From Convolutriloba macropyga (lineage: Eukaryota): 64,000 nt of DNA. Of this stretch, positions 25,481 through 39,400 are shown piece after piece; the stretch's first letter is position 1, and the number at the start of each line of letters is the position of its first letter. The position numbers and the translations under genes are program-made. The stretch covers positions 60,512,001 to 60,576,000 of the forward strand of contig NC_134477.1 of assembly GCF_964194025.1 (NCBI RefSeq). Direction: 5' to 3'. Under the pieces are notes generated by a model that saw nothing but the letters and a program-made list of their open reading frames with translations, made no database searches and was not told where the DNA came from.

Positions 25481-27512
25481 AAAATTCAAAAAATTGGTAT
25501 CAATTTGTGTGTTTCGTTTGTAGTACCAAAACATATAGCTCATAAAATGATCATAACAAGCAATTTTGTCTCACAAAAGGTCTTCATCGCCTTCTAAAAC
25601 TTCAACATAAGTCTAGGCAAAAAACTTGAAAAACTGTCATTCCTCCTAAAGTCACTCCTAAAAATGACCTTTTGACATTAAATTAATGCCATTCCAGCAG
25701 CTGCACCACTATAAGCACTTGAAGGACTACTAAAGCCCACTTTGGACCTCCAATGAAACTTAATGCCCGCTGGGCTTTACCTATTTATCTCGTTTTGAAA
25801 GACCAAAGTCATTGAAAAATGTGAGAACACATCTTAAAAAACAAAAAAAAACACAGCGCACCAATACATTTCAATTTCTTTGAATTGTAAAAAATAGGAG
25901 CGTCATAATAGCCGGCTGAGAACATGAGGGCGGCTATTAAACAGCAAAGAAGAGAAAGATCAACATTGCTCAAACTCGTGCAATTTTAATCTGTGTTACA
26001 TAAACACAAACATGTATTCTCAGTGCTAGTTGAAGTAGTATTTTTGCTGTACTTCCTCGGTTTGTAAGCAATTGCATTTCCCAAGTATGTAAACAATCAC
26101 ATTGCTCAGAATTTAATTAAGTAAAATCCACTAGCTGGTTGTTCGAGCCCAGCAACGAAGATTGCGCTCAAGGGAGCGGGGTTAACATCGCAGCCAAAAA
26201 ATTTTGTAGACATTTTTAGGTTTCAGGTTGGAGAAAAATTGTCTGAAAATCATACCTAATGAAAGCGGTTGCATGATCAACCGATGTTTTTCCCTTTTTT
26301 CCATTCTAGAAACTCAGAAATTTATATATCGGAAACATAGTTTGTAGCTGATTTAATACTGTCCCTCATTTTACGTGTTCTATCAGTTGAAGTTTACTTC
26401 AGGAGATGGGTAAATGTTTGCACCACAAAGATGAATAACTTGATCTACAATCTTTTTTCTTTCAATTGCTTTTTTTACAAGATTGAAAGAAATACATTCT
26501 CTTATTCGGGCAGAATACCGAATACTTTCATAGTTCAAAGGACACTTCATTTTATTTAAAAAGTTAGAAAATGGAAAAACACTAATAGCCGAACAAAGAA
26601 ACAAGTTAAATAATCATAACCAACTACCGTCGCTAACAAACTACCAGGAGCTTGGACTTATGTTTTGGGGATTGGGGGAGGCAGGGGGTTGAGTTGAGTG
26701 AGTGCGGCGTGTGTGGGGATAGGGTTACTGAGAAGGGGATTGGTGTTGTTCAAATTTTAAATATTACGAACCGCCCTTCTTGCCATAAAATTGTCTCCTC
26801 AAAAAAAGTTTTAATGATTTGCACTAATACAGACCGTCAAAATGTAAGGCTTTCAGAGAATGTAACTACTTCCGGGCGTGCTTGTTTTTTCGTTTTCGAG
26901 GACAAAACTCAATTGGGTCAGATGAAAAATTAGCCAAGCTTCATATTGTAATAAACGGAGCACAGGATATTTATAAAATCTGCAAACCTCGATTGTGAGC
27001 AAATAAAAAGTTCTATTTATAAGTATAATAATACAATGGAACTTGAAAGGAAACAATTTCTTAAAAAATTGCAATCACTTCCATGGCAAAGTTTTAAATT
27101 TGAAGCCAGCGTTCAGATAGTATTCTGTCTTTTTGATAGGAAAGTTTCGAGTTTTCAAATTAAAATCAAGATGGCAGTTCAGATCATTTCTGTTAATCGA
27201 TGTTTCGAACAAAAGTTGGGAAAATTTGAACAATTTGTCTACATTTTTTTGTACTTATCAATGGATGATGCATTGGTTGGTTTCAGATAAAAACACAAAT
27301 AAAAACACAGATAAAAAAATTGATTGTGTTCATTTAAAATTTTTTATCAATTTAATCAGATATTGTTTGAGGCATTTCCCCGATATCAGTTCTGAAGATA
27401 CAAAATAATGTCCAATTTATATCCTTCAGTTTGAGATTGCTATTGCATATACACTAACAAACAGTTTTTTGAGTTCAAATGTCTCTTGAACATTTTATCA
27501 TAGAGAGAAAAC

Positions 27513-27674
27513 GGATCATTTCCGTTTGTTGCCCCTAGTACGTTATGCGGCCCCAGTTACAGAATATGCGGCATTAAATAGTAAGTCATTAGGTGAAAAT
27601 ATGGCACATGCGCATGAGGAGTGCAAATAATGTGCGCTCACTAAGCTAGGGGTGGGCACAAACGCAAAAAGTCC
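27513..27674. mobile_element. MITE, GG...CC termini, 8-bp TSD (Merlin-like)
   Basis: TSD GAGAAAAC at 27505-27512 and 27675-27682; imperfect TIR GGATCATTTCCGTTTGT / ACAAACGCAAAAAGTCC. Confidence 0.8.
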
Positions 27675-30010
27675 GAGAAAACATGAAAGAAATGTCTTCC
27701 ATTTAGAAAAATTTTAAATTTTTGCAATTCTTTTTGATTAAAACTCATTTTATAGATTTATCTTTGAACAAAAACACATAGAATCAGTCATCTGCAGAAG
27801 TTGAAGCTTAAGAAAACACCTTGTACTAATTTTGAATGGACTGGCTCGGCTCACCAGATTTGTGACCTATTTTGACTTGCAAAAACTGTCTGGCCATGAA
27901 GAAGCTTGTTTAAAAATAGAAAAAACTAACTTTGTCTGTACAATGAAAAAGGCAGAGAGCAAATTACCGACATCTAAAAGGATGAAGATGAAAGCTTGAA
28001 ATTGACTTTAGTTGTCAAACTACACTTCACAATGAGATCCAAAAAACCTGCAATTTTGGAGAAAAAGTTATAAACGGAGGAGGCTTATATAGGGTATTTA
28101 GATTAATTTGGGAAATATTTTATTTTAAAGTGTTAATTTTTGAAAAAAAGATTTCTATTTATTGATATTTCGTCCTTCAAAAACTTATGAAGCTTTCCAA
28201 AAATTTGAGGACCATCTTTAAGAGATAAAAATTGTCAACCTACGTTTTCTAGGCTGCGTTTTTCCAGCAAAAAGATTACAAAAACCAACTACTGATGTAC
28301 TACGCTTGCGGTTGCTCTTGATATACGAAAACGTATATCAAGTTATGGTCTTTTTCTTGTAAAAACTCTGGCTTAAAGAAATTGATGCCATTTTTAGATT
28401 TCAGAAAAGATTTGAGAAATGTACATTTTTGTTAGGTTTTTTACTCTGAAATCGTTCAAGCAATATATGGTGCAACTAATTAGCATCAGCTTTGAAGATA
28501 CACACGTTGTCAATAATGTTCCCATATTAAAAGTTTGCAAAAGCAATAATCAAAAACAAAACGTATTAAGACAAAGGTTCATTTATAGATTTTAGAAAAC
28601 TATGCACTTCCAATGTGTTTTAAGAATAGCTATCAAATTCTTTTTTTCAATAAAAACCACTTTTCGGACCATTCAAATTCACTCTTTTTCAAGCTATATT
28701 TTATTAAACCTTCCAATAAATGAAAAAAATACACAAGCAAATGTTGATTTTACCCAATTATCGATTCCAAAACATCCCATTTATGTATTTAACGACCATT
28801 TATGTATTTAACAATTCCAAAAAACTGATTTCCGAAGATACTTTTTCGACAAAAATGCAACTTCTGATGCAATTGTCAATGATAATTGCACTGATTTGAG
28901 GTTGGACCAGCACTCCTGTCGTCAATCTTTTGATTTGATCTCGCAATAAATTAATGAAAAATTGAACAGTTACGAAAAGTAATTTTTGAAAGCAAATGTA
29001 ACATGAAGGTTTATGGGGTATGGGAAATCTAAAGAAAAGTACAGACAAACCTGAGGTAAGCTAGAACATCAGTTTGAATAGATAACTCTATTAGCCAACG
29101 CGCAGTGAATTTATTTTTCCCCAATACTTGTGAAAAAGGTTCAAATCTATTGACAAAGCTTTTAGAAACGTACTACTGAAGTTGAGCTGTCATGGCAACT
29201 TTAACGCCAATTAGGGGCGCAAAGTGTTTGCTAATTGCAAATAGTTGACATGTTCAACATAGCAAATTGTGTACTTCCTCGCCTGGCTCCTTCCAAGCAT
29301 TCTTGCAGAAAGATATGATTGCTGCCAAAAGTAAATCAAACTTATACAGAAACGAGTATGGTAAAGACAGGATTAAACATGAGCGAATGATCAAGCTTTT
29401 GAATTTTTTTTTTAAAAAAACAAACACATCTAAGACGGCTACATGCCTTAAGCGCGCACTTTTACATTTAGAAGTTAGTGAGAATGCACTAAGATAAATT
29501 CAAAAATTTGTAGTAAAAAAACATACGAATGAAGGTTGGAAGCGGAATTTCCGCTCTGTCAAGGACACTGTGACTTCTCGTTAACAAAAGCCCGGCATTT
29601 CAAAACAACTATTGTCAAAACCTGACGGAAGTAGTCGACTTCTCAAAAACCTTTTATAGCAACAAACAAGCGAAACAAAACGAATCAAATTTAATTTTAC
29701 TTTAATAATACACAATCAAAATATTCCTAAGCATCCCCTCAATCCCAACACAATTCATTAACATTTTTTGGCACCCAACAAAACAGCTTCGAAACCACAC
29801 CTAAAGCTAAGTATTGTTTTTAAAAAAAAACATACATTCTCCAATGAGCTAAGCCGATGTGCACCATGATTTTTTTCAATGTTTCAGAATATCCAAATAT
29901 CAGAAAATAGAATTGTTCATACAATGGTGGGGTAACTACACAAAAAGACACAAAAAGACAAAGATAAAGATTGCAACATTCAGAATTTTATCGATATTTA
30001 ATTTCGCTTA

Positions 30011-31590
30011 TTGCTTTTCGGTTCTTCTGGTTTTTTACCCACCCCGAGGATCCCCTTCTGGTTGGTCGTTTCCCCAACCCCCCACTTGCTTTTCGGTTCT
30101 TCTGGGGTTTTACCCACCCCGAGGACCCCCTTCTGGTTGGTCGCTTCCCCAACCCCCCACATGGTTTTCGGTTCTTTTGGGGTTTTACCCACCCCGAGGA
30201 CCCCCTTCTGGTTCGTCGTTTCCTCAACCCCCCACTTGCTTTTCAGTCCTTCTGGAGTTTTACCCACCCCGAGGATCCCCTTCTGGTTTGTCGTTTCCCC
30301 AACCCCCCCACCCCCACTTGCTTTTCGGTTCTTCTGGGGTTTTACCCACCCCGAGGACCCCCTTCTGGTTGGTCGCTTCCCCAACCCCCCACTTGTTTTT
30401 CGGTTCTTCTGGGGTTTTACCCACCCCGAGGACCCCCTTCTGGTTGGTCACTTCCGCAACCCCCCACTTGGTTTTCGGTTCTTTGGGGGTTTTACCCACC
30501 CCGAGGACCCCCTTCTGGTTGGTCGCTTCCCCAACCCCCCATTTGCTTTTCGGTTCTTCTGGGGTTTTCCCCACCCCGAGGACCCCCTTCTGGTTGGTCG
30601 CTTCCCCAACCCCCCACTTGCTTTTCGGTTCTTCTGGGGTTTTACCCACCCCGAGGACCCCCTTCTGGTTGGTCGTTTCCCCAACCCCCCACTTGCTTTT
30701 CGGTTCTTCTGGGGTTTTACCCACCCGGAGGACCCCCTTCTGGTTGGTCGCTTCCACAACCCCCCATTTGCTTTTCCTTTCTTCTGGGGTTTTACCCACC
30801 CCGAGGACCCCCCTTTTGGTTGGTCGTTTCCCCAACCCCCCACTTGCTTTTCGGTTCTTCTGGTTTTTTACCCACCCCGAGGATCCCCTTCTGGTTGGTC
30901 GTTTCCCCAACCCCCCCCACCCCCACTTGCTTTTCGGTTCTTCTGCGGTTTTACCCACCCCGAGGAACCCCTTCTGGTTGGTCGTTTCCCCAACCCCCCA
31001 CTTGCTTTTCGGCTCTTCTGGGGTTTTACCCGCCCCGAAGACACCCTTCTGGTTGGTCGTTTCCCCAACCCCCCACTTGCTTTTCGGTCCTTCTGGGGTT
31101 TTACCCACCCCGAGTACCCCCTTCTGGTTGGTCGTTTCCCCAACCCCCCCCCACACTTGGTTTTCGGTTCTTCTGGGGTTTTACCCACCCCGAGGACCCC
31201 CTTCTGGTTGTTCGCTTCCCCAACCCCCACTTGCTTTTGGTTCTTTTGGGGTTTTACCCACCCGGAGGACCCCCTTCTGGTTGGTCGTTTCCCCAACCCC
31301 CCACTTGCTTTTCGGTTCTTCTGGGGTTTTACCCACCCCGAGGACCCCCTTTTGGTTGGTCGTTTCCCCAACTCCCACTTGCTTTTCGGTTCTTCTGGGG
31401 TTTTACCCATCCCGAGGACCCCCCTTTTGGTTGGTCGTTTCCCCAACCCCCCCACTTGCTTTTCGGTTCTTCTGGGGTTTTACCCGCCCCGAAGACACCC
31501 TTCTGGTTGGTCGTCTCCCCAACCCCTCGCCTTCTTTCCGGTCTTTTTGGGAATTTTACCCGCCCCAAGGACCCCTTCTGGTCGGCCGTA
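30011..31590 (+). repeat. 60-bp C-rich minisatellite (about 26 copies) in BEL 5' leader
   Basis: Unit TTGCTTTTCGGTTCTTCTGGGGTTTTACCCACCCCGAGGACCCCCTTCTGGTTGGTCGTTTCCCCAACCCCCCAC-type sequence repeated tandemly, followed by GGTAGGTATT short repeats to about 31860. Confidence 0.9.
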
Positions 31591-31933
31591 TTGATAAATT
31601 CCGGCTTTCGGTAAGTATTGGTAGATTCAGGCTTTTGGTAGGTATTGGTAGGCTCCGGTATTTGGTAGGTATTGGTTTTGGTAGGTTTTGGTAAAGACGG
31701 CCTTTGGTAGGTATTGGTAGGCTCCAGTATTTGGTAGATATTGTTTTGGTAGGTATTGGTAGGTTACGGCTTTTGGTAGGTATTGGTATTTGGTAGGTAT
31801 TGGTTGGTTCTAACACTCATAGGGCATTGATATCGATAGGTTTCAGTAGGTTCCGGCATTAAAAACTACTACTGTTACCACCAAACATTCCTGATTTTAC
31901 TCGGTTTGTCTGAACTACTCTGACTTCTCATTA

Positions 31934-34900
31934 ATGGTTGAGACGCGGTCAACCTCAAACAATGCAGTGCCCAAAATGAGTACCAGTTCATCCGATTCCC
32001 CAGATGGAGCAATGTTAACTCAACAATCCACTGGTACATCAACAGCAATCAAGTCAAATGAACAGAAGCGTTTGGAAACCTCTAAACTTATGATCGAAAA
32101 TGACATAATACATACTGACTACCTGATCACTGCTATAGAGTCCTCAGAAGATATCGAAACTTTAGAGGAAACAGCTAATGAAATTAGGGAAATTCAGCAG
32201 AAGCTTGAACCAGTTTTCATTGACCTAATCAGTGGCTTGGAGCCTGATGAACAAGATATTATGTCCAGAGAACACAGTCGTTTGAAGATAGAAATAAAAC
32301 AGACTCTGACACTATTCCGAAAACACGCTAAAGAGACAAAAAGGCCTCTCCAGCAAACCTCATCTGGTTGATTACCCTTGAACTCCAATGAGAACATAGA
32401 AACACATGACAACACCTTGTCACATTTACAACAACGCCGGACTCATTTTGTCTTTCACGAAACTCTTTCGACTGATCACACCGCTCAAAGCAATACGTCA
32501 GCGCCTGCTGCAAATTCGCGTTTTGTCAGTTATGGTTATACTGCACCCGGTGGTACAACTATACCTGTCAACAACATCTCATACACCTCAAATTGTAAGA
32601 TGTCAGCTGCACCCTGCAGTGCATCTCAGCAATCGTTCTCAACTTTTCCTTGCGGATTTCCCTCAACTGATAGCAACTCACTTGGACAAAATAACTTTTT
32701 TCCATTAACACAGCCAAGCTTCAGTAATATTCCTAACACATCAGTTACGCAGATGCCATTTGCACCTATACACAGTGCCTGAATGTCTACTTGCTTTCAA
32801 AAATCCGTCCCCAAGTTACATGCGGACCATTTTGATGGTGATCCAATAAGCTGGATGAAATGGTACAGCTTTTTGCATGCTACAATTGACAGAGCACCAA
32901 TGACATCTTCTGAAAAAATGATTCACCTACAATCACTATTAACAGTTGAGGCAAAAGCCCTCGTCGACGGCTATGGTTGCAACGGTGACTTATACGCTTC
33001 AGCACTTCATCGCCTTCAGGAACACTTTGGGAATCCAAAGCGAATTGTAAACGCTTTCCTTGAGAAACTGAATAGATTCAAATCACCCAATTTATCCCAT
33101 CCAGAGAGCTACACACACTTCTTTTCCTTTGACAATGGTGGATACCTTTCAGCAATTAGGCTTCGTTCACGACCTCCATTCAACTACCAACCTAAATGTG
33201 ACGCTAGCAAAATTGCCCAATCCCGTACGCCTTGAGTGGAACAAATTTGTGTTAGGAAAGGACTTCCAGCAACCATCTCTACAGATACTTTCTGACTGGC
33301 TTCTGAACTACTCCAAAGCGTGTCGAGATTTAAACTCTAGCCTCCAAACTTTTCAATCAAGCCACGCACAATCGTCTGGGAAAATTTCTCCGAGTGTACA
33401 AAACTACACTTCAGCTACAAGTGGATGGAAAGCTAATCAATATAAACAGTCAAATAGCAGTTCTAGCAGGAACTTGACAGTTGAAGGCAGGCAACCCCCT
33501 GTGAAACTTTGCCCAAGCAATGAAAGTTGTCAATTCCTATACAAATGTACCCACTTCCAAGCTCTCCCAGCAAGCATTCGCAGAGAGCACATCAGAAAAC
33601 TTAGATTATGTTTCAACTGTTTTGAAAACCATCACGTAGAAGAGTGAACTTCCAAAAACTTTTGTCGAAACACCACACTCTATTGCACGATAGTTTCGCT
33701 ATTAAGTCAGGTTCAAAAAAGTCTAATGTGAAAACTTTAAAATTACAAGGAACAGGACAGGTAGCCGTTGTTCCTGTACAACTCAAAAACGGTAATGAAG
33801 TTTTGGATACTTATGCCTATTTGGACAATGGTAGCTGCCAAAGCTTGTTGCTGAGGTCAACTGTAACAAATCTGAATTTAAACATGAATACCATTGGAAA
33901 AATGCCAATTAGTAGCTATCATATGACTAAATAAATTGATTGTGCACCTGTGAAACTTCAAATTAGACCCTTACAAGGGGAACAGGCATTCGAACAAATA
34001 GACGTCGTCGCCGTTCCAGATCTCAATATGTCACCCGTTGATACAAAGAAACTGAATCGCCTCTGTGATTCCTTTGAACACCTCAACCATATATGTTTCC
34101 CAGCCATAGGGGACGATAATGTTTCCATCAATCTCGGAATTGACAATCTAGATCTGATACACTACAAACAAATAGTTAAAGGACCCAAGAATGCACCATG
34201 GGGAGTTGAAACCCAACTTGGTTGGACATGCGCTGGAAAAACTGACTTAATCCCACATGATTGCAATCCAGTTCAATTCACTCAGCTAAACAGCCATCCT
34301 AATATGGACAACAGTATTTTCAAGTTGGTCTCCGATTGGATGAAAATTGAAAACTTAGGCATAGCATCATCCAAGAAAGCAATGTCTAAAAATAACAAAA
34401 GAGCCCTTGATATTTTAGAAAATACCACTAAACTCGTCAATGGTCATTATGAAGTTGGACTTCTCTGGAAAGAGAACGCCGATCTCCCAAATAACAGATG
34501 GCTTGCGGAGAAACAACTTTATCAGCTCAACAATAAACTTTCAAATCATCCAGAATTAAAGCAAAAATACGAGGAAACGCTTGAAAAAGACTTGCAGAAC
34601 GGCTATGTCACAAAAATTAAACAAATTAAAGAACAACCAGATGAAGAGACTTCGTTCCTTCCTCATCATCCCGGGACTAATGAGAACGAACCTGGAAAAG
34701 TACGCCGTGTCGCTAATGCATCAAGTGTGTTTCAAGGTCAGTCCTTAAATTCTAATCTTGTGAAAGGTCCAGACTTGCTGAGCAATCTTACCGGTGCAAT
34801 TTTCAGATTCCGGAGAGCAAATCAGTGCTTTCCGCTGATATTGAACAAATGTTCATGCAGGTTAAGGTAGCTCCCGAAGACAGAAAATTCCTACGCTTCC

Positions 34901-37584
34901 TTTGGAACAATGATGGTCGTATTAAAACTTACGAGTACACCAGTCACATTTTTGGAGCCACAGATTCACCATGCATTGCCTCATATGCTTTGCGAAAAAC
35001 GGCTCGTGACAACGAAGAACAGTTTCCAGATGCTCTCAAATTTGTAGAACGCAACATTTACATGGATGATCTCTATGTTTCCACAAATTCACTCAAAGAT
35101 GCTCAAAAAAACTGCAGGGAATGAGAAAAGTTCTTTCTAAGGAAGGTTTCAACCTAACCAAATGGAATTCAAGCAGTCCTGAATTTCTAAATTCAATAGA
35201 ACCTAAAATAAGGTTACATCCAGACAACGCTCTCCCTCAGTACCAAAATGTACTTGGCTTACCATGGAACGCAGCATTAGATTGCTATGTCATTGAATGT
35301 AAACTACTTCAAAAAATCCATATTTCAGGCAACGTAGCTCAAAGAGTATTACTCAAGTTGGTGGCGTCTTTTTTTGATCTCCTTGAGTTCATAGCGCCTC
35401 TAACAATTCGTCTACGAAAAGTTTTACAAGCCGTCTGGAACCATGGTCCAAAATGGGACAAACCCCTTTTACTCGATAACATCCAGGATTTCAGTAGTTT
35501 AAGGGAAGAAACTCCAACATTTAAGGTCATCGAAATTCCTAGGAATTATTTCCTAGATAAAACTATTAGCTCAATTGAGCTTCATACCTTTACTGGCGCT
35601 TCGGAATACGCTCTATCTGCCGTCTCGTACATGCGAATTGAGTAATCGGAACGATCGATCTCCGTTAAATTTGTTATGGGCAAGGCTCGTGTAGCCCCAA
35701 TAAAAAAGATGACTATCCCCAATCTGGAATTGCAAGCCGCTGTGTATGGAGCCCAACTAGCCCAGTTTATAAAAGAAGAACAAGATATAGAATAGTCAGA
35801 TTGTGTTTTTTGGTCTGACAGCACTACCGTCCTGTACTGGCTGAGAACACCTGAAATGCGCCATTGAATATTTGTTGCAAATGGAATAGCCAAAATTCTA
35901 GATGTCTCCTCCACTTTCGGTTGGAAGTACATTTCAAGCACAGCTAACCCTGCAGATGATGGAACTCAAGGATGTACCGTTGAGCAAATGACATCAAAAT
36001 CTCGATGGATTTCAGGACCGTCATGTTTAAGTCAAAAAAGATCTGAGTGGCCAAAACAGGAAATTTTGCATGCTAAACAAGTAAAGGTTGTTTCGTTTTC
36101 TTCAGTAAACTCAACTGTATCAAACATTGTCGACGCGACAAGATTTAGCAGTTGGAACAAAATAATACGTGTGATAGCAGTCTGTATTCTTTTTTCGGAC
36201 AAATGTTGGAAAGGCAACGCAGAAATGAAGTTAGCACATTACATTAGAGCTTATCTGCACGTTATGCACAATATTCAAAAACAAGATTTTCAATCAGAAT
36301 ACATGTTGTTGAAAAAAAGACTTGAACTTCTGGTACTAGCCGATTGAAAGATCACCTTTCCTAGACGAGAACAACCTAATATGAGCACGTGGTCGCTTGA
36401 CAAAAGCAAGTCTTTTGATGACCGCTCGTCATCCCATAATACTTGACGGTAACAATGCTGCAGTTAAACTGCTGGTACAACACACACACGAAATTAATTG
36501 TCATTGTGGTCTCGAGCAGACTAAAAACACTCTCATGGAATACTATTGGATACTTTGCTGAAGAGCAGTTGTTAAACAGACTATACGCCACTGTTTGCCA
36601 TGTCGTAGAATGCTGCAAGATATTAGCACCCTCCAGATGGCTGATTTACCCGAGGAAAGACTACCCAGGAAAAATCAGTTTGTATTTGAAACAACTGGTC
36701 TCGATTTCATAGGACCCTTTCATGTTAAAAACAATGGCAGGTTATCTAGCCGATATATTTTGCTCTTCACCTGTCTTGTTGTTAGAGCAGTACATCTTGA
36801 AGTTTCGAATGATCTCACAACAGACTCTACAATCAACTGCATCAGGCGTTTTGTTAGCCGCAGAGGAAAACCCAACAAATTCGTCTCAGGTTGTGGCAAG
36901 TCTTTTGTTGGTTCAAACAACGCTCTGCAATCTAGCATCGCAGAACTGAAAGAATCAAAATTATTTGCAGCTAAGCTACATCTATTGAATGTGGAGATAG
37001 ATTGGAAATTTAATCCCCCAGCTGCTCCCCATTTCGGTGGAATTTTGGGAGAGAATGGTACACATTTTTGAACTATCACTTTACAAGGTCATTGGTTCGA
37101 GAACTTTAACTGACGAAATTCTGAATACAGTTTCTTGCGAAATAGAGGCAAGCATGAACTCCAGGCCTCTCACAAATGTTCCCTATGATATAAACGACCC
37201 CTTACCACTGACACCAAATCATTTTCTCCTAGGTCGTTCATCCATTAACTTGTCTCCTTGCGTCTTCATTGGTAAAGAGAAGAATCTTTCAAAAAGTTGG
37301 CGTTCATCACAACAAATTGCAACTCTTTTTTGGAATCGCTTCCTACGGGAGTATTTACCAACTCAACAAGTACATTGTAAATGGCATAAGACGTCGAAAA
37401 GTTTACAGGTTGACGACTTGGTATGGATTCTAGAAGATTTCACCCCTCGTGGCCTCTGGATTTGGCTAGAGTCATTCAAGTTTTCCCTGGCACAGATGGG
37501 ATTGTCCGATCAGTTAAGTTGAAGACGTCTTTCGGAGAACGCATTAGACCCGTTGTGAAACTGAGCAAAGTTTTCGCAGAATGA
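31934..37584 (+). pseudogene. BEL/Pao gag-pol polyprotein, multiple stops/frameshifts
   Basis: FDGDPISW..W (gag), LCFNC..H, YLDNGS (protease), SADIEQMF..HIFGATDSP..YMDD (RT), LHTF.GASEYA..KARVAP..LELQAA (RNase H), GLDFIGP..FTCLVVRAVHLE..APHFGG.WER (integrase). Confidence 0.93.
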
Positions 37585-38677
37585 AACCCAAAGTCTCTTC
37601 AAAGATAGGAAATTTAGGGACAACAGTTTGCCCTTCTAAAGAAAAAGTGGCTGCTCAAACTTTCATGGCTTCTGATCAACACGTTACACCCTCTTACGTT
37701 CTGGATTGTCATTTACAAACCAGCAGATCGATTCATCACATATTTATGTTACATTGATCATCCCTTATCACCAGCCCATTTCAACATAATATTGGTTTTA
37801 TTTTCTCGCAGGTCTTAGACCCACCCCTCTTACTTTCTTTTGACAATGGAGGTATTTTTTGTTAGTATTTCCGATTATTGATTTCGTTGGCTCGTTTTTG
37901 CGAACCACCAGCTTTAATTTGTACCCTTACTTTTCATTACAGTCAATTTTTATTTTACTTCTTGTTTCAACTTTACGGATGATTCAACACGCTGCAGTCC
38001 GAAAGTTTTATTCTTTCTTTGCAATCCTGCAAATGGGGCCGGCGATGTCAAGGACATTGTGACTTCTCGTTAACAAAAGCCCGGCATTTCAAAACAACTA
38101 TTGTCAAAACCTGACGGAAGTAGTCGACTTCTCAAAAACCTTTTATTGGAACAAACAAGCGAAACAAAACGAATCAAATTTAATTTTACTTCAATAATAC
38201 ACAATCAAAATATTCCTAAGCATCCCCCCAATCCCAACACAATTCATTAACACGCTCCAACTGTTTTTAAATGCGATAGAGAGCAGCAGAAAGATTGTCA
38301 AAGAGGATTGATCGTGACTGAAGTTGAGAGATGAAAGGGAAAAATCATTTCATAAAAAAACACGCGCTTTGAAGCGATATTTGTGGCACTCCGGAAAACC
38401 AAGAAGAATTTGTCAAAACCCCATTTTGAGATTAATACAGTGGCAGGTGAGCACTTAAATCAAACCAACTATTCTGCTTGACAAGTTTTACATCGGATCA
38501 ACTCGGTTGATTTGATTTAATTGGTACGATTTGAAAAAAATTGAGTTAAAATTACTCATAGATAGCACTGCCATCCAACAAACGTTAGGGACATTAGGGA
38601 AGTACAAATGTTCTGGGTCAGAATAATAGCTGTTTAAATTATCTAAAAAACGCACAGTTCTAAAAGCAAACATGCGC

Positions 38678-39400
38678 TACTGGCCGCTACATGTAAGCCG
38701 AAACCAGACCATGAGACAGGTGATATATTTGAGAAAGGTGACCACGTTAAAGGTGATATGACCATCCACCCCCGAATTAGAAGAATCTGACGATATTGAA
38801 AACATTACTTGAGCAGAAGCTTGTGTTGACAACTATGAGATAAAAAGTGCTCATAGCTGTCAACGCCATCCAAAAACCGTTAAGGAATTGAGGAAATTAA
38901 AATTGTTCTGAGTCAGGATAAAAAATGTTTGCATTATCAAGAAAAATGCAAAATTTGGAGTGCAAACTTGAGCTATTGGCCGCTACATGTTCACTGAAAA
39001 CAGATCATGAGACAGGCGATATATTTGCGAAAGGTGACCATGTTCAAGGTGATATCACGATCCGCTTCCGAATTAGACGGATCAATCGAGAGCGGTTCTT
39101 GATTCGGGAGCGGATCGTGATGTCACCTTGAACGTGGTCACTTTTATCAATTATATCGCTTGTCTCATGATCTGTTTTCAGCTTACATGTAGCGGCCAAT
39201 AGCGCATTATTGCCTTCAAAACTGCACCTTTTTCAGTTCTGATATCACCATGAATATGGTCACCTATCCCAACTATATCGCTTGTCTCGTGATCTGCTTT
39301 CAGATAGCCACTCAACAGATCACGAAACAGGCAATATATTTGGGAATGTTGATCATGTTCAAGGTGATATCACGATGAGCTGCAGATTTAGAAGGATCAA
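38678..39400. repeat. Cluster of direct and inverted copies of a ~100-bp unit, with a long foldback at 38972-39203
   Basis: Arms GCTATTGGCCGCTACATG...CCGAATTA (38972-39077) and TGATTCGGG...CATGTAGCGGCCAATAGC (39100-39203). Partial copies at about 38678, 39240 (inverted) and 39315. Confidence 0.85.

Larger units (their letters stand above)
5543..27900. repeat. Degenerate modular host repeat family (background into which the LINE and Polinton 1 inserted)
   Basis: Recurrent modules, e.g. GACTTTCAAAGAAGTCCAATTGGCTGACTAGAAA-like (about 6005, 8420, 10030, 11227, 20187, 22785) and GAACCGCCCTTC after a G-rich tract (about 10585, 21925, 26768; related at 40705). Class not determined. Confidence 0.7.
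29557..38252 (+). mobile_element. BEL/Pao LTR retrotransposon, full length, degraded
   Basis: 207-bp TG...CA LTRs (29557-29763 and 38046-38252; 5 differences), 5-bp TSD CGCTC, PBS-like TGGCACCCAAC after the 5' LTR, purine-rich tract GGGGCCGGCGA before the 3' LTR, and gag-PR-RT-RH-IN order. Confidence 0.95.

Noticed and set aside
28600-29050. Possible further exons of the host gene
   Set aside because: Short ORFs without recognisable motifs or convincing splice sites.
29859-31694. Long overlapping ORFs (500-600 aa) on both strands
   Set aside because: By-product of a stop-poor tandem minisatellite.
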